Shown here: one piece after another, positions 51,695 through 63,892 of the stretch
How the letters are laid out: every line of letters begins with the position of its first letter
Numbering within the stretch: the stretch's first letter is position 1
NCBI RefSeq assembly: GCF_964194155.1
Contig: NC_135891.1
Location: 117,428,001 to 117,492,000 of the forward strand
DNA: 64,000 nt
Direction of reading: 5' to 3'
Source of the DNA: Cetorhinus maximus
Lineage: Eukaryota
The notes under the pieces: generated by a model
Database searches by the model: none
What the model saw: the letters and a program-made list of their open reading frames with translations, nothing else
What the model was told of the DNA's origin: nothing
Position numbers and translations under genes: made by a program

Positions 51695-54432
51695 ACAGCC
51701 AATACATTATGGAGACATGGTTACAAGGAGATCAAAGCTGAGAATTAAATCAGAGATATGTGACTTTTCAAAAGGACAAGGAGGAAGGTAAAGGTGGTGG
51801 GGTAGCTTTGTTAGTACAAGATGGAATAAGTACAATAGCAAGAAATGATCTTGGATCGGAAGATGTAGAATCCATATGGGTGGAGGTAAGAAATAGCTAT
51901 ACTGTAGGACAGAGAATAGATCAGGAGATAATGAGGGCATGTAAAAAAAGGCAGTTCATTAATCATGGGTGACTTTAATCTTCATATAGATTGGGAAAAT
52001 CAAATTGGCAGAGTTAGCCACAAGCAAGAATACATAGAGTGTATTCGGGACAGTTTCCTGGAACAATGTGTTGTGGATCCAACCAGGAATCAGGGTATTT
52101 TGGATCTGGTAATGTGTAATGAGGCAGGTTTAATAAATGATCTCAGAGTAAAAGATCCCCTAAGAAACGGTGACCATAACATGGTAGAATTTAGCATTCA
52201 GTTTGAGAGTGAGAAACTTGGGTCAGAAACAACTGTGTTAAACTTAAATAAGGGTAATTACAAAGGAATGAGGGCAGAGTTGACTGGAGTGGACTGGGAA
52301 AGGAGTTTAGCAGAAAAAACTGTTGATGAACAATGGCAGACGTTTAAGAAAACAGTTCATGACTCACAACACAGATATATCCCAGTGAGGAAGGAGGATT
52401 CTAGGAAGGGGATAAACCAACCATGGTTAATGAAGGAAGTTAAGGATAGTATCAAATTGAAAGAAAAAACATACAATGTGGCAAAGATTAGTGGTAAGCC
52501 AGAGGCTTGGGAAAGTTTTAAAAACCAACAAAAGATGACCACAAAAATAATAAAGAGGGAGAAAATAATCTTTGAGGGTAAACTAGCAAGTAATATAAAA
52601 ATGGACAATAAGAGCTTCTTTAAATATATAAAAAGGAAGAGGGAGGCCAAAGTGAACATAGGCCCCTTAGAGAATGAGGCTGGAGAAATAATAATGGGGA
52701 ACCAGGAAATGGCAGAGGAGTTGAATAAATACTTTGCTTCAGTCTTCATGGTAGAAGACACTAATAGCATTCCAAAAATACCAAATAATCAAGGGGCAAA
52801 AGTGGGGGAGGAAATAAATACAATAACTATCACTGGAGAAAAAGTACTGGGGAAACTAATGGGGCTAAAGGCTGATAAGTCCCCTGGACCTGATGGGTGG
52901 CATCCTTGGATATTAAAGGAAGTAGCTACAGAGATAGTGGATGCACTGGTAGTAATCTTCCAAGAATCCTTAGATTCTGGAAAAGTCTCAGAAGTTTGAA
53001 AAACTGCCAATGTAACACCCTTATTCAAAAAGGAAGTCAAAAAAAAACTAAAGGCCAGTTAGCTTAACATGTCATTGGGAAAATGTTAGAGCCTATTATA
53101 AAGGATTTAATAGCAGAGCATTTAGAAATACATGATATGATCAAGCAGAGTCAGCATGGCCTCATGAAGGGGAAATCACGCCTGACAAATTTATTAGAAT
53201 TTTTGAGGAGGTAACAAGCAGGATAGATAAAGGGGAACCAGTAGATGTAATATATTTGGATTTCAGAAAGGTATTTGATAAGATGCCACACATAAAGCTA
53301 CTTAAAATAAGAGCTCATGGTGTTGAGGGATAGTATATTAGCATGGATAGAGGATTGGTTAACTCAAAGAGGACAGAGAGCTGGGATAAGGGGGGCATTT
53401 TCAGAATAGCAACCTGTAACTAGTGTAGTGCCACAGGGATCAGTGCTGGGGCCACAATTATTTACAATATGTATTAATGACTTGGATGAGGGAAGTGAAT
53501 GTACGAAGTTTGCAGATGACACAAAAATAGGTGGGAAGGCAAGTGGTGAGGATGACACAGGAGTCTACAGAGGGATATAGGCAGGTTAAGTGAGTGGGCA
53601 AAAACTTGGGAGATGGAATATAATGTGGGAAAATGTGAGGTTATGCACTTTGGCAGGAAGAATAGAGGAGCTAAGTATTATTTAGATGAAGAAAGACTGC
53701 AGAAAGCTGTATCACAGAGGGATTTGGGGGTCCTCGTGCATGAATCACAAAAAGCTAGCATTTCAGCAGGTAATAGGGAAAGCAAATGGAATGTTGGCCT
53801 TTATTTCAAAGGCAATGGAGTATAAAAATGGGGAAGTCTTGCTAAAACTATACAAGGCACTAGTTAGACCACACCGAGAATACTGTGAACAGTTTTGGTC
53901 CCCTTATCTAAGGAAAGATATACTGGCATTGGAGGCAGTCCAGAGAAGGTTCACTAGGTTGATCCTAGGGATGGAGGGATTTTCTTATGACGAGAGATTG
54001 AGTAGGTTGGGCCTGTGCTCAATGGAGTTTAGAAGAATGAGAGGCGATCTTATTGAAACATATAAACTTCCTAGGGGGCTTGACAGGGTAGATGCTGAGA
54101 GGTTGTTTTCCCTTGTGGGAGAGACTAGGACCAGAGGGCATAATCTCAGAGTAAGGGGGCGCCCATTTAAAACAGAGGTGAGGAGGAATTTCTTCTCTCA
54201 GAGGGTAGTCAATCTGTGGAATTCTTAACTGCAGAGGGCTATAGCGGCTGGTTTGTTAAGTATATTCAAGGTGAGATAGACAGATTTTTAATCAGTAAGG
54301 GAATCAAGGGTTATGGGGAGGATGCAGGAAAGTGGAATTGAAGATTATCAGATCAGCCATGATCCCAGTGAATGGCGCAGCAGACTTAATGGGCTGAATG
54401 GCCTACTTCTGCTGCTATGTCTTTTGGTCTTA
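51695..54432 (+). mobile_element. Near-complete CR1 ORF2 (APE endonuclease + RT), inactivated, nested in a SINE
   Basis: [63 protein letters not shown]; SINE halves at 51622-51690 and 54435-54770 (minus). Confidence 0.95.
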
Positions 54433-55072
54433 AGCATTGTTGAAGTGGAGTTGCTGTTGGAATGTAGGAAATATGGCAGTCAATTTGCACCCAGGAAGAT
54501 CCTGTGATAATGTGATAATGACCAGATAGTCTGTTTTAGTGATGTTGATTGAGGGATAAATACTGGCCAGGACACTAGGGAGAACTCCCCTGCCCTTCTT
54601 TGAAATAGAGCACTAAGAACTTTTACATCCAACTGAGAGATGGCACCTCCGACAGAGCAGCACTCCCTTGGTACTGCACTGCAGTGTCAGCTTGATTTTT
54701 GTGCTCAAGTCTGGAGTGAGACATGAACCCAGAACCTTCTGACTAAGAGAAGAGAGTGCTACCCACCGAGGTATTGTACATTACACTTATTACTACCAGA
54801 GTATCAGTGAGTTATTGTACTCCTGTTGGTTATAAGGAGAATCTGACAACATTAGTTATGGTAATTTCAGTGAAATTACCAGAGAATCAAAATTCTTCCC
54901 GTCTCTCGACCTCCCTCTTTCTCCCTGGTGGTTTTCACTCACTCTGCTCATGTGCATCCTCCTACTTCTCAGAAATTCACAATAGCGGCTGAAGCAAAAC
55001 TACAGGGGACCTGACTATTACAAAATTAAGTCCAATAACCTTTGCAGCCAACAGGTGACCAGATGTAAAGCG

Positions 55073-55183
55073 GTCAGACATCACGTGATTAAGATACAAT
55101 GCTGTCAAATGTCATGTGATTAGATGCTACACAGTCAGATGTCACATGATCAGATGTTATATGGTCAGAACATGACTTGATCA
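55073..55183. repeat. Degenerate ~30-bp tandem repeat, 4 units, E-box rich
   Basis: gtcagacatcacgtgattaagatacaatgct / gtcaaatgtcatgtgattagatgctacaca / gtcagatgtcacatgatcagatgttatatg / gtcagaacatgacttgatca. Confidence 0.7.
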
Positions 55184-55772
55184 AACCTTTGGAAATGCCT
55201 CCGGCCAAAGTTGGCAGCCCTATTGTGGAACAGAGAAGGGCCTGCTTACTTTAGCAGTGAGGTCAGTGATGAGGGGGCATAGATTTAAAATGATTGGTAG
55301 AGAGATTAGAGGGAAGATGAGGAAAATTATTTTCACCCAGAGGGTTGTGGGGGTCTGGAACACGCTGCCTGAATGTCGAGGCAGAAACCCAGAAGACATT
55401 TAAAAGATTTCTGGATATGCACCTCAAGTGCGTAACCTGCAGGGCTTCGGGCTAAATGCTGGAAAGTAGGATTAGGCTGGGTGGCTCAGTTTTCGGCTGG
55501 CACAGACAAGATGGGCCAAGTGGCCTCTTTCTGTGCCATAAATCTTCTATGATTCTAACAGAAGACAATCGGAGGACTTAAATCAAAGGTTTAACAGAGG
55601 GAGCTTTAATAATAAACTGAATCTATTATGGATGCAGGGACCAAAACCATACATCTAAACTGCCTAATTTAAGGCCAAAAATAACGACACAGTTTCTAAA
55701 AAACGATCAATGCTGATAAGTTAGAGGGGTAAAGTTCCACCTTTAAGCGAGGGCAACAGAGTATGAGAATTT

Positions 55773-56315
55773 AAACAAAAACAGAAAATGCTGGAAAAAC
55801 TCAGCAGGTCTAACAGCGTCTGTGGAGATAAAGACATAGTTAACGTTTCGAGTCCGTATGACTCTTCTATCCTATTTTCGATCTTTTTTCCCACTACCCC
55901 ACCCCCACTAGGGCCATCTGTCACTTGTTCATGTTGTTCTTTCCATAGTGCTTACCCTTCCCCTGCTATTACCACATTCTGCTTCCTGACCTTAATGCCA
56001 CCATCAGCACCTCCTTTAGCCAGTACCACTACCATTAACACCCCTTTGTCCTTTTGTTCGTGACATTTTTGTCAATCTATCCTTTGCCTCTACCTATCAC
56101 TGGCCTTCTATCCAGCTTCACCTGCTCCACCCCCCCCTTAAACAGTACAATTTTCATCACATTTACTTCTTTTTAGTTCTGAAGAAGAGTCATACGGACT
56201 CGAAACGTTAACTCTGTCTTTCTCTCCACAGATGCTGTTAGACCTGGTGAGTTTTTCCAGCATTCTCTGTTTTTGTTTCAGATTTCCAGCATCAGCAGTA
56301 TTTTGCTTTTATCTT
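55773..56315 (+). mobile_element. Penelope 3' fragment with inverted 5' LTR copy
   Basis: Minus LTR 55773-55868, then plus 3' region and LTR to ~56315; imperfect TSD tatgagaattt (55762-55772) / tatgagaactt (56320-56330). Confidence 0.88.
56175..56213 (+). ncRNA. Intact minimal type I hammerhead ribozyme motif (Penelope LTR)
   Basis: Stem I agtt/aact; core CTGAAGA(+A); stem II gagtc-atacg-gactc; GAAA; palindromic stem III ACGT; predicted cleavage after GUU (56209). Confidence 0.8.
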
Positions 56316-57319
56316 AGATTATGAGAACTTCACCAGCCAACGTGTGCCTGGGGCCGGGCACCAGACTATTTAGGAACACAGGGCAAGAAAGCTTTATTTT
56401 GCTGGGCACAAAGTGAAAATTCCGCTATGTTACCCTTTCTGCCAGCAAGGTCTCAGGACATGTTCACTTTCAGAAGCAGACACTAACTTGCAGACTTGGG
56501 AGACAGACAGCTATGACCACTCATACATTAAGATATATTAAGATAAGGGTAAAATAAACATTTTCCCCAATCCATTCAAATGTACATTGTAAATATACTC
56601 TGTAATGGTGAGCATAGTGAGCACTTCGTGTACTGGATTGAAAGAACTGAACTGTATTGTACTTAATGTAATGTCAAATTTGAACTGTTATGTAATCTAT
56701 TTTTACAAATTTTATGAATAATATATTTTTAGGAAAAGAAATTCTCCCACTCCCTCAAACAAAGGCGAGGTGAGGAGGCCAATGTCACTATAGTGCACAA
56801 ACTGTAACCCCTACCTTGTTTTTTGGATTAGCATTGCTCTGCCAATGAACAATGAATCAGGTTCACCATGTGACCACTAATAGTCAATCAGCTGTTTAGA
56901 AAATGACACATGCACAATGGTCATGTGATTACTATTGACCAATAAACTGCTTCGAAAATAGCATGAATTTCTGCTCCCTGACAACAACAAAAGCCTCAAT
57001 ATGGAGCCGAGCCTAAAATGCAGGCTAATGTCTTAGATTCAGGACTAAGGGAATGCTGCACTGTCAGAGGCGCCTGCTTTTGGATGAGGTCCCATCTGCC
57101 CTCTCAAGTGGATGTAAACTCACCACTCACCCTTGTGCTTGCTGACCCAAGAAGATGATCTAGTGATAAGGTAAATCGAGAACTACAAACTAAACCCGAA
57201 CTGAAAAGATACGGCAATGGAGACCAAACTGGCAAAAGGAAAATTTAGCAGATACTAAAACGTTTTTCTTCACACACAGAGTTGGATTCTGGGTAGGGAA
57301 TTAAAACAAATAAGCAATA

Positions 57320-60300
57320 GGAGGTGATGGCGTAGTGGTATTGTCGCTGGACTAGTAACCCAGAGACACAGAGGAACGGTCTGGGGACCTGGGTTCGAAT
57401 CCCACCACGGCAGATGGTGGAATTTGAATTCAATAAAAATCTGGAATTAAGAGTCCATGATGACCATGAAACCATTGATTGTAAAAACCCATCTGGGTCA
57501 CTAATGGACGGAAATCTGCCGTCCATACCTGGTCTGGCCTACATGTGACTCTAAACCCACAGCAATGCGGTTAACTCTTAAATGCCCCCTGAAATGGCCG
57601 AGCAAGCCACTCAGCTGTATCAAACAGCTACAAAGTCACAAAAAAGGAATGAAAGTGGATGGACCATCTGGCATCGGCCTAGGCACCGGAAACGACAACG
57701 GCAAACTCAGCTCTGTCGTCCTCCTTACTAACACCTGGGGGCTGTGAGACAAAATTGGGAGAGCTGTCTCACAGACTAGTCAAGCAACAGCCTGTCATAG
57801 TCATCCTCATGAAATCATATCTTACAGATAATGTCACAGACACCACCATCACCATCCCTGGGTATGTTCTGTCCCACTGGTAGGACAGACCCAGCAGAGG
57901 TGGTGGCACAGTGGTATACAGTGGGGAGGGAGTCACTCTGGGAGTCCTCAACATCATCTGCAGACCTCATGAATTCTCATTGGCATCAGGTCAAACATGG
58001 GCAAGGAAACCTCCTGCTGATTACCACATACCACCCTCCCTCAGCTGATGGATCAGTGCTCCTCCAGGTTGAACACCACTTGGAGGAAGCACTAAGGGTG
58101 GCAATGGAGACCAAACGGGCAAAAGGAAAATTTAGCAGATACCAGAACATTTTTCTTCACACACACAGTTGAATTCTGCGGGACTTCAATGTCCATCACC
58201 AAGAGTGGCTTGGTAGCACCACTACTGGCCGAGTCCTAAAGGACATAGCTGCTAGACTGGGTGTGTGGCAGTTGGTGAGGGAACAAAGAGGGAAAAACAT
58301 ATTTGACCTCATCCTCACCAACCTGCCTGCCATGGGTGCATCTGTCCATGACAGCATTGGTAGGAGTGACCACCGCACAGTCATTGTGGAGATGAAGTCC
58401 CGCCTTCACATTAAGGACATCCTCCATTGTGTTCTGCGGTACTACCACCATGCTAAATGGATAGATTTCAAACAGATCTAGAAACTCAAGACTGGGCATC
58501 CATGAGGTTCCGAAGGCCATCAGCAGCAGCAGAATTGTACTCAAAAACAATCTGTTACCTCATGGCCCAGCATGTGCCCCACTCCACCTTTACCACCAAG
58601 CCAGGGGATCAACCCTGGTTCAATGAAGAGTGCAGGGGGGCATGCCAGGAGCAGCACCAGGCATACCTAAAAATGAGGTGTCAACCTGATGAAGCTATAA
58701 CACAGGACTACTTGTGTGCCTAACAGCATAAACAGTAAGTGATAGACAGGGCTAAGCTATCCCCACAGCCAACAGTTCAAATCTAAGCTGTGCAATCCTG
58801 CTCCATCCAGTTGTGAATGGTGGTAGACAATTAAACAGCTCACTGGAGGAGGAGGCTCCACAGATATCACCATCCTCAATGATGGGGGAGCCCAGCACAT
58901 CACTGCAAAGGATAAGCATTTGCTACAATCTTCAGCCGGAAGTGCCGAGTGGATGATCCATCTCGGCCTCCTCCAGAGGTCCCCAGCATCACAGATGCCA
59001 GTCTTCAGCCAATTCGCTCCATGTGCTATCAAGAAACGACTGAAGGCACTGGATACTGCAAAGGCTATGGGCCCTGACAATATTCCAGCAATAGTGCTGA
59101 AGACTTGTGCTCCAGAACTTGCAGCGCCCCTAGCCAAGCTGTTCCAGTACAGCTACAACACTGGCACCTACCCAGCAATGTGGAAAATTGCCTAGGTACG
59201 TCCTCTATGCAAAAAGCAGGACAAATCCAACCCGGCCAATTACCACCCATCAGTCTACTCTCCATTATCAGTAAAGTAATGGAAGGGGTCATCAACAGTG
59301 CTATCAAGCAGCACTTGCTTAGCAATAACCTGCTCACTGACCAGGGGACCAGTTTGGATTCCACCAGGGGCACTCCGCTCCTGACCTCATTACAGCCTTA
59401 GTACAAACATGGACAAAAGAGCTGAACTCCCAAGGCGAGGTGAGAGTGACTGCCCATGACATCAAGGCCGCATTTGACCAAGTGTGGCATCAAGGAGCCC
59501 TAGTAAAACTGGAGTCAGTGGGAATTGGTTGGGGGGGGGAAACTCTCCACTGGTCGGAGTCATACCTAGCACAAAGGAAGATGGTTGTGGCTGTTGGAGG
59601 TCAGTCATCTCAGCTCCAGGACATCACTGTAGGAGTTCCTCAGGGCAGTGTCCTAGGCCCAACCTTCTTCAGCTGCTTCGTCAATTACCTCACTTCCATC
59701 ATAGGGTCAGAAGTGGGGATGTTCACTGATGATTACACAATATTCAGCACCATTTGCGACTCTTCAGATACTGAAGCAGTCCATGTCCAAATGCAGCAAG
59801 ACCTGGACAATATCCAGGCTTAGGCTGACAAGTGGCAAGTAACATTCGCGCCATACAAGTGTCAGGCAATGACCATCTCCAACAAGAGAGAATCTGACTA
59901 TTGCGCCTTGACGTTCAATGGCATTACCATCAGTGAATCCCCCACTATCAACATCCTGTGGGTTACCATTGACCAGAAACTGAACTGGACTAGTCATATA
60001 AATACTGTGGCTACAAGAGCATGTCAGAGGCTATGAATCCTGCAACGAGTAACTCACCTGCTGACTCCCCAAAGCCTGTCCGCCATCTACAAGGCGCAAG
60101 TCAGGAGTGTGATGGAATACTCCCCAGTTGCCTGGATGAGTGCAGCTCCCATAACACTCAAGAAACCCGACACCATCCAGGTCAAAGCAGCCCACTTGAT
60201 TGGCATCCCATCCACTAACATTCACTCCCTCCACAACCGACGCACAGTTGCAGCAGTGTGTACCATCTACAAGATGCATTGTGGGAATTCACCAAGGCTC

Positions 60301-60750
60301 CTTAGACAGCACCAACCAAACCTATGACCCATTTCCATCTAGAAGGATAGGGGCTGCAGATAGATAGGAACACCACCACCTGGAAGTTCCCCTCCAAGTC
60401 ACCCACCATCCTGACTTGGAATCAAGGGCTATGGGGAAAAGGCAGGAAAGTGGAGTTGAGGGTTATCAGATCAGCCACAATCTCATTGAATGGCGGAGCA
60501 GACTTGATGGGCCAAATGGCCTACTTCTGCTCCTACATCTTATGATCTAAATATATCGTCGTTCGTTCACTGTCGCTGGGTCAAAATCCTCGAACTCCCT
60601 TCCTAACAGCACTTTGGGTGTACCTACACCACATGGGCTGCAGCAATTCAAGAAGGCAGCTCACCACCACTTTCTCAAGGGCAACTAGGGATGGGCAATA
60701 AATGCTGGCCTAGCCAGCGAAGCCCGCATCGCATGAATGAATAAAAAAAA
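57320..60750 (+). mobile_element. Near full-length CR1-group LINE with tRNA-like 5' head and a single EN-RT ORF (inactivated copy)
   Basis: A box tggcgtagtgg 57328-57338, B box ggttcgaatcc 57392-57402; ATG ~57649 then [103 protein letters not shown]; tail atgaatgaataaaaaaaa. Confidence 0.92.
60421..60548 (+). mobile_element. ~128-bp CR1 3' tail inserted into the LINE tail
   Basis: Interrupts cctgacttgga|aatatatcg (uninterrupted at 16433-16450); insert matches the CR1 tail at 54303-54430. Confidence 0.88.
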
Positions 60751-61006
60751 GTCAATCTGATCTTGGCTGATCTGCATCTTAACTCCATATATAGATAGAT
60801 TATCCTTAATCTTCTATACTGGAGGTCAAGTCTATGTAACCTGTCCCCGTAATTTAACCCTTTTAGCCTCGGTTCTTTATTGATGAGCTAAAAGGGTAAA
60901 TTAACTTGTTTATCCACATCTATTGCATGGGCAGTGTAATACACACAGAATGTCCAGTTCTGGGGAATGGATGTGGATCCAGCCCAGGTTGAAGGGATGT
61001 ACGTAG

Positions 61007-61290
61007 CCCTGGGAGTGTTTGATGGGGACAGTGTAGAGGGAGCTTTACTCTGTATCTAACCCCGTGCTGTACCTGCCCTGGGAGTGTTTGATGGGGACAG
61101 TGTAGAGGGAGCTTTACTCTGTATCTAACCCCATGCTGTACCTGTTCTGGGGGTGCTTGATGGGGACAGTGCAGAAGGAGCTTTACTGTGTATCTAACCC
61201 CGTGCTGCACCTGTCTTGGGGGTGTTTGATGGGGATGGTGTAGAGGGAGCTTTGCTCTATATATAACCCCGTGCTGCACCTGCCCTGGGA
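61007..61290. repeat. 69-bp tandem satellite, about 4 copies
   Basis: Unit ccctgggagtgtttgatggggacagtgtagagggagctttactctgtatctaaccccgtgctgtacctg; a degenerate reverse-orientation monomer lies at ~25161-25229. Confidence 0.95.
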
Positions 61291-63289
61291 GGTCAAAAAT
61301 CACAAGAAAAATAAAATGGCACCAACGACAATCTTCAGTGTTACTCATTCATTAAAGGCACTGTCAGCATCTCAGGCTGCGACTGTACCATTCCTCTCCT
61401 CCCAACATCTACATGCAGTTTAAACAAATTCAACCCATCATTGTGTCTTCAGTTCTGTCTACTTACCTCTCAAGATCAGTTTGCAGAGTGCAGACCAATG
61501 CAAGCCACCCTGGTCAAGTGTTGACTCCACTGCAACTAGTTTCTTAAAGGTTAAACATTGCACACAGCTGGCGCACAATCTGTGGGTCAGAGCTCTAACT
61601 AAACCGGCAGCTCACGCATTGAAAGAATGGTTTGAGTTGTTGGGAGAACATCTTAAAGTGGTTATGCTGCTGATTATTTGGGGTGAGAAAAAAATAAATT
61701 TGACAGTTGTAAGTGAGAGAGGCCGGGATTGGCACAAACACCCACTCACAAATGATCACACACTTACACAAACACAGAGGTTGGTCCCAGGATGGACCCT
61801 AAATGGGCCGTTGCCGTGTGAGTGAGGTCAGAATGGGATTTTCAGTGTTGTTAATCTGGTGATGTCACAGAGAGTCCTTTTTTTTGAGCCTCTCTTTTGT
61901 GTGTCACGACCTCTTGAAAATGAAGGTATGACCACAAATGCTCACCTTCCATCTGGCCAACAGTGTCGGATGGGATTTATCCTTGCAGGGAGGTGAGATT
62001 GATCTTGGCTCAACTGGGCTAAGGAGGTGAAAAGAAGAAAAAGATTTTGACCTGTTTTCTGGTTAGAGATGTCGCAGACGAGAACAGGATGTAGATGAGA
62101 ACAGTATCAGTTCAAGACCCATAAATCTGAGCCAAAGTGCAAGTCCTGCTGCATTCAAGACAAAAAAAAGGAAGTTTTGTTTTGGAGTGGGCTCTGTTTT
62201 TTTTTTATCCTATCTGGTCCCTGCTAACCCACCTTCTCACCATATTCCTCAATCCCACCCACTCATCATGTCCCTCAAACCCAGCTACTCACCATATCCA
62301 TCAATCCCAATTTCTCATCCTACCCTTCAATCCTACCTGCCCACCATATCCCTTAACCTCATCTCTTCAGAAACACGCCCGATTGTCTCAAATGCATCAC
62401 TGGCCTTCGTCCACAACTTTATTACTATAGTGGTCAGCACTGAATGAATGTTAGAAGAGCTGTTTGTCTATTTTCAGGGCATCCGACTAGAGTCTCAGAT
62501 CTCATAAAGCTCCCTGGGCCTTTGCAAAGCAAAGCCAAAAAAGAAAAAGAATTGATACAGTGTCTTTCATGTCTTCAGAATGTCCCAGAATGCTTCACAA
62601 CAAATTAATTACCTTTCAGAGTGTCATCACTGTTGTTGTCTATGCAGGAGCCATTGTAGACACAGCAGGATCCCAGAAATAGCAAATGCAATAACTGATT
62701 AATTAGTTTGTTGGTTAAAGTTTGAATGTTAGCCCAGGATATTAGGAGCGCTGCTATATTGATCTTATTGCTACTTATATTTTATACGCGCTAATCTAAT
62801 TTATGTTTTCTGGGTCTGGAGGTTTGGAAGGCCTGTTTTTGCCACCGTTGGCTCATTGCTTAAATCCGCAATCAGGACATTCAGCTCTATAATGTTATCA
62901 GTGACTGAGGATCAGTGCAAATTAATGGAAACATAGCTTTAATCTGTATAACTGGCACCCTCCAGGCTCTGCACTATTCATTCATAAAGACAATAACTTT
63001 GAGGCCCCTGGTGCATGTCTCAGGGAGCAAAATATGGCCTATTTCCACTTCCCCTCTCTACATGTAGTCAGTGTGTACGTGTCTACCCATTCCTCAGCCC
63101 CTACTTTTGAAATCAGCCAAGGGACGGCCTTGGCTGCGACACGGGTTCATTGTCTCAAAGATTAGTTAACAGGCCATCAAAAGGCGTACAAACAGCAAAT
63201 AGCTAAAATAGCAATAAATCTACCCCTTGCAACAACAACTTGCAATTATACAGCACCTTTAACATGTTAAAACCTCCCAAGTTGCATTA

Positions 63290-63670
63290 GGAGGGTGATC
63301 AAAGAGAATTTGATAATGAGCCACAAAGCCTTCTAGGGTGGGGGAAAAAAGCTTGCTGAAATAGCTAAATTTTAAACCACATCTTAGAGAAGTGATGTGA
63401 ATTAGGGAGGGAATTCCAGAGCCTAACATCTTGGCAGTTGAAGGCACAGCCACCAATGATGGGTCAATTAAAATTGGAAATGTGCAAGAAACCAGAATTG
63501 GAAGAGTGCAGAAATCTCAGATGGTTGTAGAGCTGGAAGGAGTTAGAGAATAGGGAGGGAGAAGGCCATGGAGGGATTTGAAAACAAGGATGAAAATTTT
63601 AAAATTGAGGTGCTCCTGGACTAGGGGCCAATGTAGATCATTGAGCACAGGTGGTGATGGCTGAACACTG
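63290..63670 (-). mobile_element. Old L2-type LINE 3' fragment
   Basis: ORF 63517-63738 PVLNDLHWPLVQEHLNFKIFILVFKSLHGLLPPY, typical L2 C-terminus. Confidence 0.75.
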
Positions 63671-63892
63671 TGGCCAGTTACTTTGTGATCAATACAAGGC
63701 CCACCAGGAGCTTTGACAATTCTGTAGCAGTGTTGCACTGTAACAGATGGAACCTTTCAGATGAAATGTTGAAAATAGGTTCTGTCTGTCCTCTTAGACG
63801 GACATAAAAGATACATACCAATATACAAAATAAGGAGCAGGAGCAGGCCATTGAGTCCCTTGAGCCTGCTTTACCATTTGACAACATCATGG

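Noticed and set aside
51965-52999. 344-aa ORF as a functional gene
   Set aside because: It is a CR1 ORF2 segment flanked by stops and frameshifts.
60920-61348. 142-aa ORF with 23-aa repeats
   Set aside because: It is a translation of the 69-bp satellite, with no splice or homology support.
61467-61670. Possible minus-strand exon ending at ag|gtaagt
   Set aside because: All three frames have stops, the acceptor is weak and there is no gene context.
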